A stretch of 64,000 bases of DNA from Cyanophora paradoxa CCMP329. Taxonomy: Eukaryota; Plantae; Glaucophyta. Shown piece after piece: positions 24,301-35,300 of the stretch. Every line of letters starts with the position of its first letter. Within the stretch, counting starts at the first letter, position 1. The stretch spans positions 248,001 to 312,000 of the forward strand of contig QPMI01000071.1 in NCBI GenBank assembly GCA_004431415.1, in the 5' to 3' direction. Position numbers and translations under genes: made by a program. Below the pieces are notes generated by a model. That model was not told the DNA's origin. It saw only the letters and a list, made by a program, of their open reading frames with translations, and ran no database searches.

Positions 24301-25811
24301 AGTGTCTGTCTCTGCACTCGAGTAATGCAGAGAGTGGAGAGGACAGATATTAGCTGTACAACGAAATATCGAGCGTAATGAAGATTTGCACCGAAGCACC
24401 ACCAGCAGTCGTTCACAGGAGTAGGGATGGGAACCCATCCAGTGCAACTAATGAAGAAGTAAATAAACACAGATAGTCAATAGCTAAGGATAAATGTTTT
24501 TACTATATCTTGGACCCCTCATCCCAAGTGCACTTGATGTTGTACGCAGAGATGTTGTACCCCGCCGGGACTTTCATGGGCGTCAGCTCCCACCGGTCTG
24601 TGCCTGCGCGCGGGCGTTATAATGAACTCTCGCGCTGGTATCATAGACCCAGGCCTCGTCGACACCCCCGCCGATAAGCAGAAGCTTCGAGCTTCCGCGC
24701 TGGTTATAATCACTCCCCCCCTTCAGTTAACGAAACGCGCCGATATCATAGACCCAGGCCTCGTCGACACCCCCGCCGATAAGCAGAAGCTTCGAGCTTC
24801 CGCTCGCGTTGCGAAAGAAGACCAAATCGGCGTTCAGGCGCCGGCCAAACGCAGGCGCCGTGTGCGCCTTGAAGGACACATTGTATGCTTCAGGCCAGAG
24901 GGAATCACCCAGTCCGGCTGCACATGCGTACGAAAGAGACAGGGAATCAGCGGAGAGAGATCATGATCAGTGTCCGACGGTCTGTAGCCTAGTAAAATGC
25001 ACTGCGGTACTAGAGAAATGTCTCTCGGCGGCTTTAATTTGAAGAGACAGATCTAGAGAATGGATGGGTGGTGGGTGGTGGGTGGTGGTTGGGGTGGGGT
25101 GGGGGGTGGGGGGGGGGGTTGGGGGGGGGGTGGGGGGGGGGGGGGGGGGGGGGAAGACAAGCGAGGCGGGGCCGCGGTGCACATGAGCCATGCTTGGGGG
25201 GGGGGGGGGGGGTGGAGGAGGGAGGGGGCTAGGGAGTGGAGTCAGAGTCAGGGAGTGTCCGAAGGGTAGGGTAGTCAGAGAAGAGGGATCGGAGTCGAAA
25301 GGGTAGTCCGAAGAAGGAATCGGGGTGATCGTGAGGGGCGAACTATAAAGTCTAGTCTAAAAATTTGATAATTTACTGAGGGGCTGAGGCAGAAACAAAG
25401 AGGAGGAGTTTGGGGATGGGGGTTGTGGGGATGGGGGTTGCAATTGGAAAGAAGAGGGGACATTGCAATTGGCAGGGTCATTGGCTGGTAAAGGGAGGCC
25501 TTGCAGAGTATTGTGAATAAGGCCCTGAGGGGCTGGAGTATAGTGGTCATAGGGGCTGGGTTAGGGAGAAACGCACCTTGTCCGAGGGCCTGCGGGATAA
25601 CTAAAAGCGCCACGACGAATGCTAACGCGACGAAGGCGGCGACGGCCGCCGGTCCAGAAGACAGCAGAGCGCGCTCGAGATTCGGCCGCGCACGAGATGC
25701 ATATGCAGAGGAAGCCCTCGACCGCCACACCCGAGGCGCCGGAGCCCGATTTCCGCCGCGGCCGCGGCCGCGGCCGGCCCCCCGGGCGCCGTCCCGCCTG
25801 CAGCTGCGCAT
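1..25811 (-). CDS. Gene A: giant multi-exon secreted/surface protein (signal/anchor - Kelch-like - FN3 array - LamG x2 - FN3 - LamG x2 - FN3 array - S8 peptidase - accessory domains - FN3 array); 3' end outside window
   Basis: First exon (ATG 25811, donor after 25577) encodes hydrophobic AAVAAFVALAFVVALLVIPQALG. In-frame GT-AG splicing was checked by hand at the FN3->LamG (PTR|SAYISGNYW), LamG->FN3 (SGNGRHAQ|LSGD) and S8->next-domain (VLLP|GATSAVG) junctions. Continuity across ~3.6-4.5 kb and 22-25.5 kb is plausible but not fully resolved, so this could be more than one gene. Confidence 0.6.
4600..6685 (-). CDS. Post-protease accessory region of gene A (several small exons; unknown Cys-containing domain(s), last part loosely PPC-like)
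   Basis: Exon-by-exon homology to gene C 59.1-61.0 kb: GVEIGMCSFTP, ERRLYGWF, VMRFELP, GTYYxxxF..TWAxWV, SFCRKRxSTLLGRAS, FxPTxSFxFGCPGTAGSLLV. Confidence 0.6.
6740..8210 (-). CDS. S8 subtilisin/proteinase K-like domain of gene A (triad intact, no I9 prodomain)
   Basis: VDIYVVDTGV (Asp), SHGTATAAAAAG (His), AAGN (oxyanion Asn), HGTSYAAG (Ser TCC 6980-6978), LFAPG, NRLL; split by short introns. Confidence 0.9.
8210..11612 (-). CDS. FN3-like repeat exon of gene A (~1130 aa)
   Basis: 5' part of ORF 6702..11612, with repeated GLxPGxxYxY / DxxLxPGTxYxY motifs. Confidence 0.85.
11680..14130 (-). CDS. Two LamG/concanavalin A-like domains (copy 2), multi-exon
   Basis: HFAFTHGGGTLNFYRNG, NGRLSGTEIWN, TFGGSVVLEVWMKP, FFHGIVLTELHLWSG, HLPFND...ALDGSGNGRH motifs typical of LamG_3-type domains. 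Confidence 0.75.
14130..16044 (-). CDS. FN3-like repeat exon of gene A (~640 aa)
   Basis: ORF 14086..16044; near-identical to 8230-10080. Confidence 0.85.
16095..18410 (-). CDS. Two LamG/concanavalin A-like domains (copy 1), multi-exon
   Basis: Same motifs and intron positions as 11680-14130. Confidence 0.75.
18455..21890 (-). CDS. FN3-like repeat exon of gene A (~1150 aa)
   Basis: ORF 18416..21934: FTDSGLRPNGTYTY, VTGLQAGELYEF, LTGLQPSTPYTC. Confidence 0.85.
22100..24870 (-). CDS. N-terminal exons of gene A: Kelch-like repeats followed by an Ig-like/Ser-Thr module
   Basis: KLLLIGGGVDEAWVYDI|GTDRWE and GSRFYIAAGF...FYNDV|MVDL (Kelch GG, YD..T..W and ND.. signatures). Module FISSNVNSGVYRLEI..FSPRFVVP recurs at ~3.5 kb as IPSSTNTGLYRLRL..TPAFTIP. 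Confidence 0.55.
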
Positions 25812-26846
25812 ACTCTCTCCACGCGCAGCCTCGTCATGATCAGGCCTAGGCCTGCCGATCCAAGGATAATCTGGATCCAATGATGCATATATATATGTGC
25901 TCGAGCTCATATGTGCATATGTGCGCGGTACCCGCTGATCATGACCGGTGCTGCGGCGGAGCACTGCCGCACGACGGTGGACGGCTATATACATATTTAG
26001 ACTGTGCTGTGCTGTTCTACGCGTCCTGTTCGGACTGCTGCTGCACGCGAACGGCCGGCGCGGCTATGACACGATATATACGCACGCATTGACATGCACA
26101 CCGTGGCACATCTACATGCATGTGCATTGCCCGCTGCCCGCTGCTGCCAGCTGCTGTGCACAAACGCAAGCGTGTACCGTAGTACGTACGCTTAAGCTTA
26201 CGGTACTACGGTACTAGTATCACAGTACACTGAGTATATCGTCCGACGTCGACCCACGGCCCACGGGGCCACGGGCCAGTGACCGCCGCCCAGTGGCCCA
26301 GTGGCCGGGTGTGGCCCTGCCGGAGGCTGCCGCCGGCTGCCGGCGCCGGCGCCAGCCCTGCACTGGGCCTGCACTGGCCGACTAGTGCTGGGTTCAGTCA
26401 GGCAGCTGATCATGACCCAGTCGCTCAGCCCCCCTGACTGTGACTGAATCAGTCAACCCGAGGTTCAGTCAGGCTACCGTGCAAAAACTGACGAAAATGA
26501 CCCGGAAATGATCCAGATGCGATCCATCTAAGTTGCCAAGCACAGTACGCGGGCAGTAGGGAGTGATTAGGCGAGCAAAGCTTCAGCACACTGGTGAAAG
26601 GAATTCGGCCCCCGTTAGCCTCGGTAGCGCGGGGCGGTTTCGTTCAGATTACGCTGTTTTTCTGGATCCCCCGGAGGTAAGACGACAGAAGATCCTTTTT
26701 AGATCAATCCACGTCGAGCTTCAGATGGAAAAAGCCCACCGGGGGGCACGCTCCCAGCAGGGTTTTGTATGGGACTGAGAGTCAGTGAGAGAACCTCAGT
26801 CGGCCAATTTGGTGACTCAGTCGGGTCTGCGGCCGGGGCCCGGGGC

Positions 26847-27327
26847 TAGAGGTGGGGCTCGAGCCAGGCTGGCCAGCCGCTGAGCTGGCTCGAGCCGGGC
26901 CGGGCCGGGCCGAGGCCGCGGCCGATCGCGAGGGGCCGAGCGGGCCGGAGCGGCTCGCGAGTCGCGAGTCGCGAGCCGCGCCGGGCTGCGGGGCAGTGCA
27001 TGCGGGCCACGTGCACGCGAGCCGGCTCGAGCCGAGCCGCTCGACTCGGCGAGGGGATCCGGATTCCGGATTCCGGCTTTAAAAATTTGTGAGCTAGGGG
27101 CGAGCCGACGAGCCGGCGAGCCGTCTAGCTATTTTATATAGTTTTTTGGTATACGTATATCTATCGATATCGACTATTATATAAGAAAAGCACTGCGTAC
27201 GCATGCAGCGAACCCCCCGCCTCGGGCCGGCTCGAGCCGGCCCGTACGCGTGGCTCGAGGGGTGTCGACGTCGGCTCGAGCCCGGCTCGAGCTCGAGCCG
27301 CCAATTTGCGCTCGAGCCCCCCCTCTA
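26847..27327. mobile_element. hAT-like MITE (481 bp)
   Basis: 18-bp TIRs TAGAGGTGGGGCTCGAGC / GCTCGAGCCCCCCCTCTA (1 mismatch), arrays of CGAGCC/GGCTCG subterminal motifs, AT-rich core. The 8-bp flanks match only 5/8. Confidence 0.65.
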
Positions 27328-29164
27328 CGGGGGCCGGCCGGGGCCCAGCCGGTTGCAAGTTGAATTCGAAATTAAAGGCCGGGCCGGCGCGCGCCCGGTT
27401 CAGAAGGTTGGCCATGGGGCCCGTTGGGGGTACGTACGGAGTGAAAGGCCGATTCATGATCACTTCCGAATCTTCCGATTCGAGTCAAATTCACAACAAA
27501 TTCACAAGTTCGAATGCCGAATTCGAAATTAAAGTGTTTGCGGCTTCAAGCCGCTCATGCAACTTGGCAAGCCTGCAGGCTGCAGCTGGCAATGCCTGGC
27601 ATGCGCAAGCTCCAAGCCAACCAAAATTAATACAGAAAACCAAGCTCCAAGCGCAAGCTACAGAAATAGGAAAGGGGGTATACGTATACTATGATACTTT
27701 AGTAGCTCGGGCACGTGCACATGTATACGTAGTATTACGTACAGCCAGCTGGATCGATCCGGAATCATTTGAATACGCAGGCCGCCTAAAGCTACTACTA
27801 CTAGGCTAGGCTAGGCGCAGCCCTATAGCGCTAGCTAGGCCTGGCCCAGTGGGCCCGCAAGCGCAGCCGGCCGCCCCTAGGCCTGTCGACGGACATCGAC
27901 ATGCATATGTACGTATACGTCTATATCATAGTACGTATACGGCCCCCGGCCCCCCCTAGGCCTCGAGCTCCCCCCTCCGGATCCCCCCCCCCCCCCCACT
28001 CCCGGCGCCCCCCCCCCCCCCCCCCCCCCCATGCGCAGCCTGCATGCGCATGCACATGCATACTAGCTGGCATATATATACATATGCATGCGCAGCTGGT
28101 CGCTGGCCATGGGCGCGGCAGCTGCAGCCTGTAGGCTGAGGCTGCAGCACGCCGGGGCCGTGCCACGTGCAGCTGCAGCGATATCGATGTGTCCCGGGCT
28201 CGAGCTGCCGGCCCCCCTCCCCTATCCGGATCCCCGACCAGCCCACCTCCGGATATATCGATCCGGCCTGCAGCTGGCCCGCCGCGGCGCGCGCGGCCGG
28301 CCCGGCCCCGGGCCCGGGCCCCCGCGCGCGGGCCGCGAGCTCGAAATCGAACTCGAGCTCCCCCATGCATCGATCGCGATATCCCCCCGCCCCCGGCCCG
28401 GGGGCCGCGGGCCGCGGCCGGGCCCGGGCCCGGGGCATGTTGCAATTGGGGCACTAGACGGCGCCCGGCCGGCGGCAGCTGCAGGCGGCTTTTGGCCGCA
28501 GTCATTTCATGATCAGGTCTGAGGGTTCATGCATATGATCATGAGTGCGCCCCCGGCCCGGCCCTCAACGAAGATCATCGATATCGGAACAAAGATTATA
28601 CTATGATATATATATATTTTCAATTGGAGGAGGATATATGGACCGGAGGGGGCGATGATAATGACGCTTAAGTTATAAGACCAACCGTCCCATTGCAAAA
28701 TGACACTGATGTGTGCTCATGATCACGGATCATGACTAGCAAATACTAGCAGGTACTACGGTATCATTGCATATGTAGCTACAGGATCTACTAGAAAATA
28801 GATACTAGAAAAAAATTCGCAGGTATCACTGCATATGCAGAAATTTGCATCGGCACGTGCACCGCTTATCATCATCGGAACATGAACCGAGGCCGTCGAT
28901 CATACATATACATACTAATGTGTGCCACTGGGCCAAGCGATGTAGGCTGAAAAATCCTATCAGTCACCGACTCACAGCTCTGCTACTCATACTAAATGCT
29001 ACATTAATATTCGAAGTACTTAGCTACATGCCATGCATGCATGGTCCGGCATGCATCCATCTGCATGAGACGCGTCACCCCGCCACGCTCGTCGTCCGCC
29101 GCCCGATCAGTTTGAGGAACCACTCTGCAGTGCAAGGAACAAACAAGCAAGAGGTCAGCTTCAA

Positions 29165-29306
29165 GGCTTCAACTAGCTTCAGATAAGCTTCTTGTTATAG
29201 ATAGCTTCAGATAAGCTTGTTATAGATAGCTTCAGATAGCTTTAGATAAGCTTCTTGTTATAGATAGCTTCTTTAGATAGCTTTGACTAGCTTCAGATAA
29301 GCTTCT
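29165..29306. repeat. Degenerate tandem repeat (agataagcttcttgttatagatagcttc) just 3' of the gene B stop
   Basis: 3-4 imperfect copies directly visible. Confidence 0.8.
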
Positions 29307-32300
29307 TTATATACTAAATAACGCACTGGAGACGGCGCGGCCGCCGGTATTTAGGTTGGCCATGGCCTCGTCGAGCGGGCCCGGCGGCTCCGCGGGGGCG
29401 GCGTGGTGCCCGCGGGACCCCGCCGAGACCAGCGCGGCCGCCGTCGCGGCGCGCCACTTGCGCTTCGCCTGCTGTGCAGACGTGGGGCCGGCCCCCCTGC
29501 GGCCCAACAAGTTAAGGAGAGATGTATGTTTGGAGTTGGGACTCGGGGCCGGGGCGCGCACCCGCTCCCTCTCCTGCCGAAGAGCCCCGTGGCGCTGCGA
29601 GAAGAGGAAACAAAGAAACTCACACAAAGCAAGATAGATAGAAAGATAGACAGGTAAGAAAGGCTCGCCTGGCGCGGCGCGGCTGGTTTCCGAGGAGCGG
29701 GCCATCCTCGCGATCCCCGTCCCACACGCCGTCCGCGCTGCCGATGGCCCCGACGCGCCCCGCCCCCGCCGCGCTCCCCGCCGCCCCGGCCCCGGACCCC
29801 TCCATCGTGACCTGCGCCATAGGATACGAAAGACAGAATCTCATTAGCTCTAAAATACGAATATATAACAAAAAGGACCTTTCTCAAGGATAAGAAAGAA
29901 AGATTCTCGTTAGGTCTTATTGGATTGTATAATAAAAAGCGTTAGAGGAGGACCTTTCCGAGGGCGAGCTGGGCGTAGTAGTCGCGGCGGGCGCGCTCCT
30001 CCTCCTGGATCCGCTCGTCCAGCCGGAACTGGCGGAGAGGAGGCGAGGTCAGTCAGGCCGGGGGCCCGGCGTGCACCCCCCCCCCCCCCTCCCCCCCCCC
30101 CTCCTCCACCGCGCCCCCGCCCACGCCCAGGGCCCCGCTGCTTCCCCGCCAATACCGCGCCCCCCGCCATGCCAAAGCGGGGCCGGCCCCCCTCGAACCC
30201 GGCCGCCGCCACCCCTCACCCCCGAACTTACACCATGACTCCGTCCCCCAACCCCCGAGCCCCCGACCCCCGCAGTGCCCCGGCCCCACTATCGCGCCCG
30301 GGCCTCGCGGATCCCCCGGCGCGGGGCGGGGGGCGCACGAGCTTGTGGCGGAAGGCGTCGGCGGTGCGGCGGTCGACGGCGCCGCTCTTGGAGGGGTCCC
30401 CCGGCCGGAACACGTTGATCACCGCCCCGATGAGGAGCAGCGAGAGCTGCCGGCGGCGGGGCAGGGCGGGGTGAGACGAAGCTCAAGATGAAGCTTATGA
30501 GAACTAGCTATAGATGCAGATCTATGGCTAGGTACGGAGAGGAGAGCCTCAAGAAAGAACAGAGGCAACGCGGAGGCGGCAGAGAGCAGAGCCTCAAGAA
30601 GAGAGGCGACGCGGGGGCGGCCTCGCGATCGGGACGATAAGATTCTATAGAGGCTCCTCTTGAGATTCTATAAATTATATAAGATTCTAAAGAGGCTCCT
30701 CTTGAGACTCCCAAGGGCCTGAGGGGCGCACGCCGACGATGGCGAGGACGAAGACCTTGAGGGCGGCCTCGAAGAGCCAGGCCACGGCGCCCGCCGTCGA
30801 GCCCCACGCGTACGCAATGAGCTGAGGGGGGCGGGGCGGGGCGCGGGTCAGTTTCGAGAGGAAAGGCGAAGGCGAGGCGCGCCGGCGAGGGAAGGCGCGA
30901 GCTAAGAGCGACGAGGCGGTGGGATTCCGCGACGTGGCGACGAGGCTTAAGGATTCAACGAGGCGGTACGCGTACGATCCCGCCATATGAGTGCTAGTAT
31001 GGGCGGCGGGGCTTTAATTTGGTACTTCGTTCGCCAACAGGAGACAGATAAGAGCACTAGTATGGGCGGCGGGGATTTACTAAGAATGTAAAAAAGCATT
31101 CGGGAATGGGCGGCGGGGCAGGGCGCGGCGGCGAGGCGGTGGGATTCCGCCATATGCGTACTAGTATGGGCGGCAATTCGGGAATGGGCGGCGGGGCGGA
31201 AGGGCGGGATTGCAAGCTTCGCTCGCCTGCAGGAGGGTGGGCCGCTTGTCGCGGCGGCTCCCGAGGGTCGGGTCCCACGCCCCCGCCTTCTTCCACGGCT
31301 TCTTCACCTGGGCGATCGCGAGCGGCGGTTTAGTATTTATTGGGCTCCCTCGATCCTAACACCGGGCTCTCTTAATGCCTAACACACCGGGCGCTTTTAT
31401 TGCTTCTATTCTAGGCCGCTCAGCAGAGAGGAAGGGGCGCACCGGACTCTTTTTGAAGAGAGACTTGCGGAGGGCGCGGATGTCGTCGCGCGCCAGCAGC
31501 TGCGTCGCGGCCCCGCGCAACCGCGTCAATCGAGGGCCGCGCTTGCGCTTAAGACTAAGGTGATAAGCGCGCTCAAGCTTATCACACGCGCAACCGCGCT
31601 AAGTTCCTCATGCACGGGGCGGGGCGGGTGAGGGGGGCGGGGGGGGGGGGGGGGGGAGGGGGGGGAGGGGGGGGGGGAGGGGGGGGGGAGGGGGGGGGAG
31701 GGGGGCGGGACATAATAAAGCCCGTTCTTAAATCAAAATCGTCTTCTAAGTTTAGAAGCTTTGCGGGGCGGAGCGGGGGGACCTGGACGGAGTGGAAGTT
31801 GAAGCGGCCGACGGGGAGGCAGCCCGGGTTGAAGAAGAAGGGCACCAGGATGCACACGATGACTGCCAGGCCGTCAGAAACGTCTCAGCGGAGGGCTTGG
31901 GAGTCCCTAGGCCGGGGGCCCAAGCCGGGCGCACTGAACATGTAGGCGTTCCAGAGGCCGCCGTGGCTGAGGGACATCTCCTGCAGCCGCGCCGCTGCAG
32001 GGGGGTCAGGCATGGGCGCGCGGGACCGAGGGACGGAGCCGGAGGGCTGCGCGCTGCAGAGCCGAAAGAGAGGAAGGCGGCGGCGCGATCCGCTTGGGCC
32101 CCGACCCCGCCGGCCCGCTAGCAGGTATACAAAGCCCGCCAACACGGCCAGCTAAAAGCTCGAGGCCCGAGCGCCGGCGGCGGGGGCCGGCATCGCCTAC
32201 ACGGCCAACTTCAGGCCCGGACGTCTAGAAGGCCCGCCTACACAGCTAAAAGCTCGAGGCCTACACAAGCACAGCGGACCGTGGTCGGCGAGCTCAAGGC

Positions 32301-35300
32301 GGATGTCGGGGTCCGCCGTGCGCGCGATGTCCGCCCTCACCGAGTCCCACATCTGAAGGCGGGGGGGCGGCGTGAGGGAGGGCGACGTGAGGGATGGGAT
32401 GGGATGGGATGGGATATGATGAGGGGCGGGCGTGAGGGACGGGCGGGGCGGGGCGGGGGGGTGGGATGGGCGGGGCGGGGCGGATGGGCGGATCGCGTGA
32501 GGCCGGCGGCGTGAGAACCAGACAGGACGGGACGGGGCGGAGGGATGGGATGGGGGGATGGCGTGAGGGCGGCGGCGTGAGGGGCGGCAGCGTAGGGATG
32601 GGCGGGGCGGGGCGGATAGATGGGAGGAAAGGTGGCGTGAGGGATGGGCGGGGCGGGCGGGGCGGATGGGACGGGACGGGATGGGGGCCGGACCGCGGGC
32701 ATGAGGAAGCCCTCCGAGGCGACCCTCGAGCCTGCGAACGAAGGAGGCGGAAGCGTAAGCTGAAGGCGTAAGCTTCTCTTCTATCTTATATCTAACTTAG
32801 CTCCACGCTCTTATATATCTTATCTCTTTGTATATTGAGCGCGGTGGAGCCCCCCGAAAGGGGCCGCGGCGTAAGCTGAAGGCTCCTCCGCGACGCGAGG
32901 CCCCGGTGGCCCGGGCTCCACATCTATCTATCTGAGCCCCATGACCTCTTTGCAAGTCATGATTATATGAGCTTCTCTCTGTTTAATGAGCGCGCGTGAG
33001 GCTCTACTACGACGCGTAGCCCCGGTCCGCTCGCTCAGTCTTCTCTTCTATCTTTTATAGCTAACTTAGCCCCACGGCCTCCGTTTAGCTTCTTTCTTCT
33101 TTCTATGTCAAGTGTGCGCGCGGACCGATGATGAGGGCGAGGAGGAAGAGGGCGTAGCGGAGGTGCCCCTCGTAGAAGGCGGCCACGAGGTCGGTCGCGG
33201 GGTCGTGCTGCAGCCCGAACCCGCGCCCCGACGGGATGTACCTGCCCGCCCCCGCCCCACCCCGGCGCGTCAGGTCGACGTCGCACGCTTAAACTTGCTT
33301 ATCGGGGTTGACGTTTCTGTAGCCTCTCGATCCTAAGAGATTCTAATCTTCTAGCATCAAGCTTAATTCTTTAGAGCGCACGCGGCGTTGGAGCGGAGGC
33401 CGTTGTAGAAGCCGACGGCGAAGGTGACGAGGTGGAACGAGTGGTACAGGCTCCTGCGGTCCATCCCGAAAAAGCGGCCGTGTGAGCGAGGCAGGGGCGG
33501 CTAGCGGCGCGCAGAGAATGTAGGGCCAAGGGCGCTCACAGCGCGACGAAGTCCCGGACGGTGGCCCAGAGGCCCAGCAGCGGCTTCTTCTGCACCAAAA
33601 TGTTCTCGAACAGGAGCGGCAGGGCCATCGGGAAGCCGACTGCGGCCGCGTCTCAGAAGAGATTCGATTTATACCGAAACGTCCGATCGATCCCGAATTA
33701 TTATATTCGAACCGTAAATGAAGGTGACGAGGTTGGCTGCGGTGGCGGGAGCGCGCACGCGCTGACGTCAGCTCTGGAACCGACGAACGGCTGAAATGTT
33801 CGAAATGTTCGGATTGGGAGGCTCACCCAGGTCGAAAGAGTTCGGGAGGACGATCCAGCGCGTGATCGGCTGCGCAAAAGGACGGGGCGCTCAGCTCGGC
33901 AGCTCGAAAGGCGGCCGACCTGCCCGGCGGAATCGCGTCGACGCGCGCACCTGGACGATCGACATGATGCAGCGAGAAAGGACGATGATGAGGACGCTGC
34001 GGGCGCGGTCAGATCCAATCCAGAAGCTCAAGCCCCACACGCGTTTCCGAGGTTCGTTATACCCATGACCAGCGCACCCATATCTGCGCAACGAGAAGCC
34101 ACGGAGTCAGATCCAACACGCAGCAGCGGAGATGCGAGTCGCGATCGAGGAACGCACTTGACGAAGAGGCCCTGGGTCAGGAAGTTCGTGACCGTCGTGT
34201 TGAACCTGCCGGCCGGCGGTATCAGACAGCAGAGACGCGCGGTGAAGGTGAAGCCCCCGAGGCTCGATGACGCCCCCGGCCACGGGGCCCAGCTAGCCCC
34301 CGGGCCCAACTAGCTTGCCCGAGTAGAGCAAAGCAGAGGAGTAGTAGTAGAGGAGTAGTAGAGCAAAGGCGTGGAGCAGGCTTGATGACGCCCCCGGCCC
34401 CCGGGCTCATGGCCAGCTAGAGCCACAAAGAGGGCGGGGCGCACAGGAAGGTCCGCTTGGTGAAGGAGATGTTGCCCGACACGAGGAGGTACCCGAACTC
34501 GCGCGCCATCGACTGCGCCATCGAAGTTATTAGTTTCCTTGGTGGATTTTACTGCAGAGAGGAGGCGGGGCCGTCGAACCATCTGGGCGGCGCCCTGCGA
34601 GATCTTCGACATGAACTTGTATGTCGTGAGCATCGACGTGTCTCGGGCCTGACAGAGATTACTCCACGATGAGACCGTGCTAAACGGGTTACGGCACCTT
34701 CCCGCCCTGCATGTACTCGACCTGGATGATGCGGCCGCCCGTCAGCTGCGCGTCGAAGCCCTTGAAGATGTCTGCGGGGGCGGGGCGTTCGGTCAAGGCA
34801 GGCGGGAGCGGACGCGGACGAAGGGAAGGAAACGGCGATGGGGCGGATGCGGACCCTCCGACACGTATTGGGTGTTCGACATGCCGCCGTTCGTGCGGAC
34901 GTAGGTGGCCTGGCCGCGGCGGCCGGTCAGCCTCTATAAAGGCGCGAGTGAAGCCGAGGAAACATAGGACGAGGCTACCTCGATGTAGTCGGGGTGCCCG
35001 TAGTGGTTTCTCACGCCAACCATGGCCAGCGCGCGCTGCGCGCCCCTCAGCGGAGCTCGCGAAGCGCAGAGATGCAGGGGCCTCGACCTGGGTGGCCGTC
35101 GTGAAGACGCGTTCCGAGACGCCGGACATGCGCGCGACGAGGTTCTGTGCGACGGAATTGGTGAGCAATTGATAAAAATCCGAGCGACGCGAACAGACGG
35201 ATCGAGCTGCGCGAGCGAGCGCACCCAGTCGGTGGTGATGACGAACTCGGGGAAGCCGATGATGCGGATCGAGCTGTCGTGCGTGAACTCCTCAAGCAGC

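Noticed and set aside
24639-24803. CRISPR-like direct repeat
   Set aside because: Only two 60-bp copies, derived from coding sequence, in a eukaryotic context with no cas genes.
26540-26800. Possible structured ncRNA (hairpin ccccgttagcctcggtagcgcgggg)
   Set aside because: No recognisable tRNA, snRNA or snoRNA motifs; hairpins are expected by chance in this DNA.
27900-28520. Pro/Gly/Arg-rich ORFs on both strands
   Set aside because: Products of low-complexity palindromic intergenic DNA, with no splice or codon signal.
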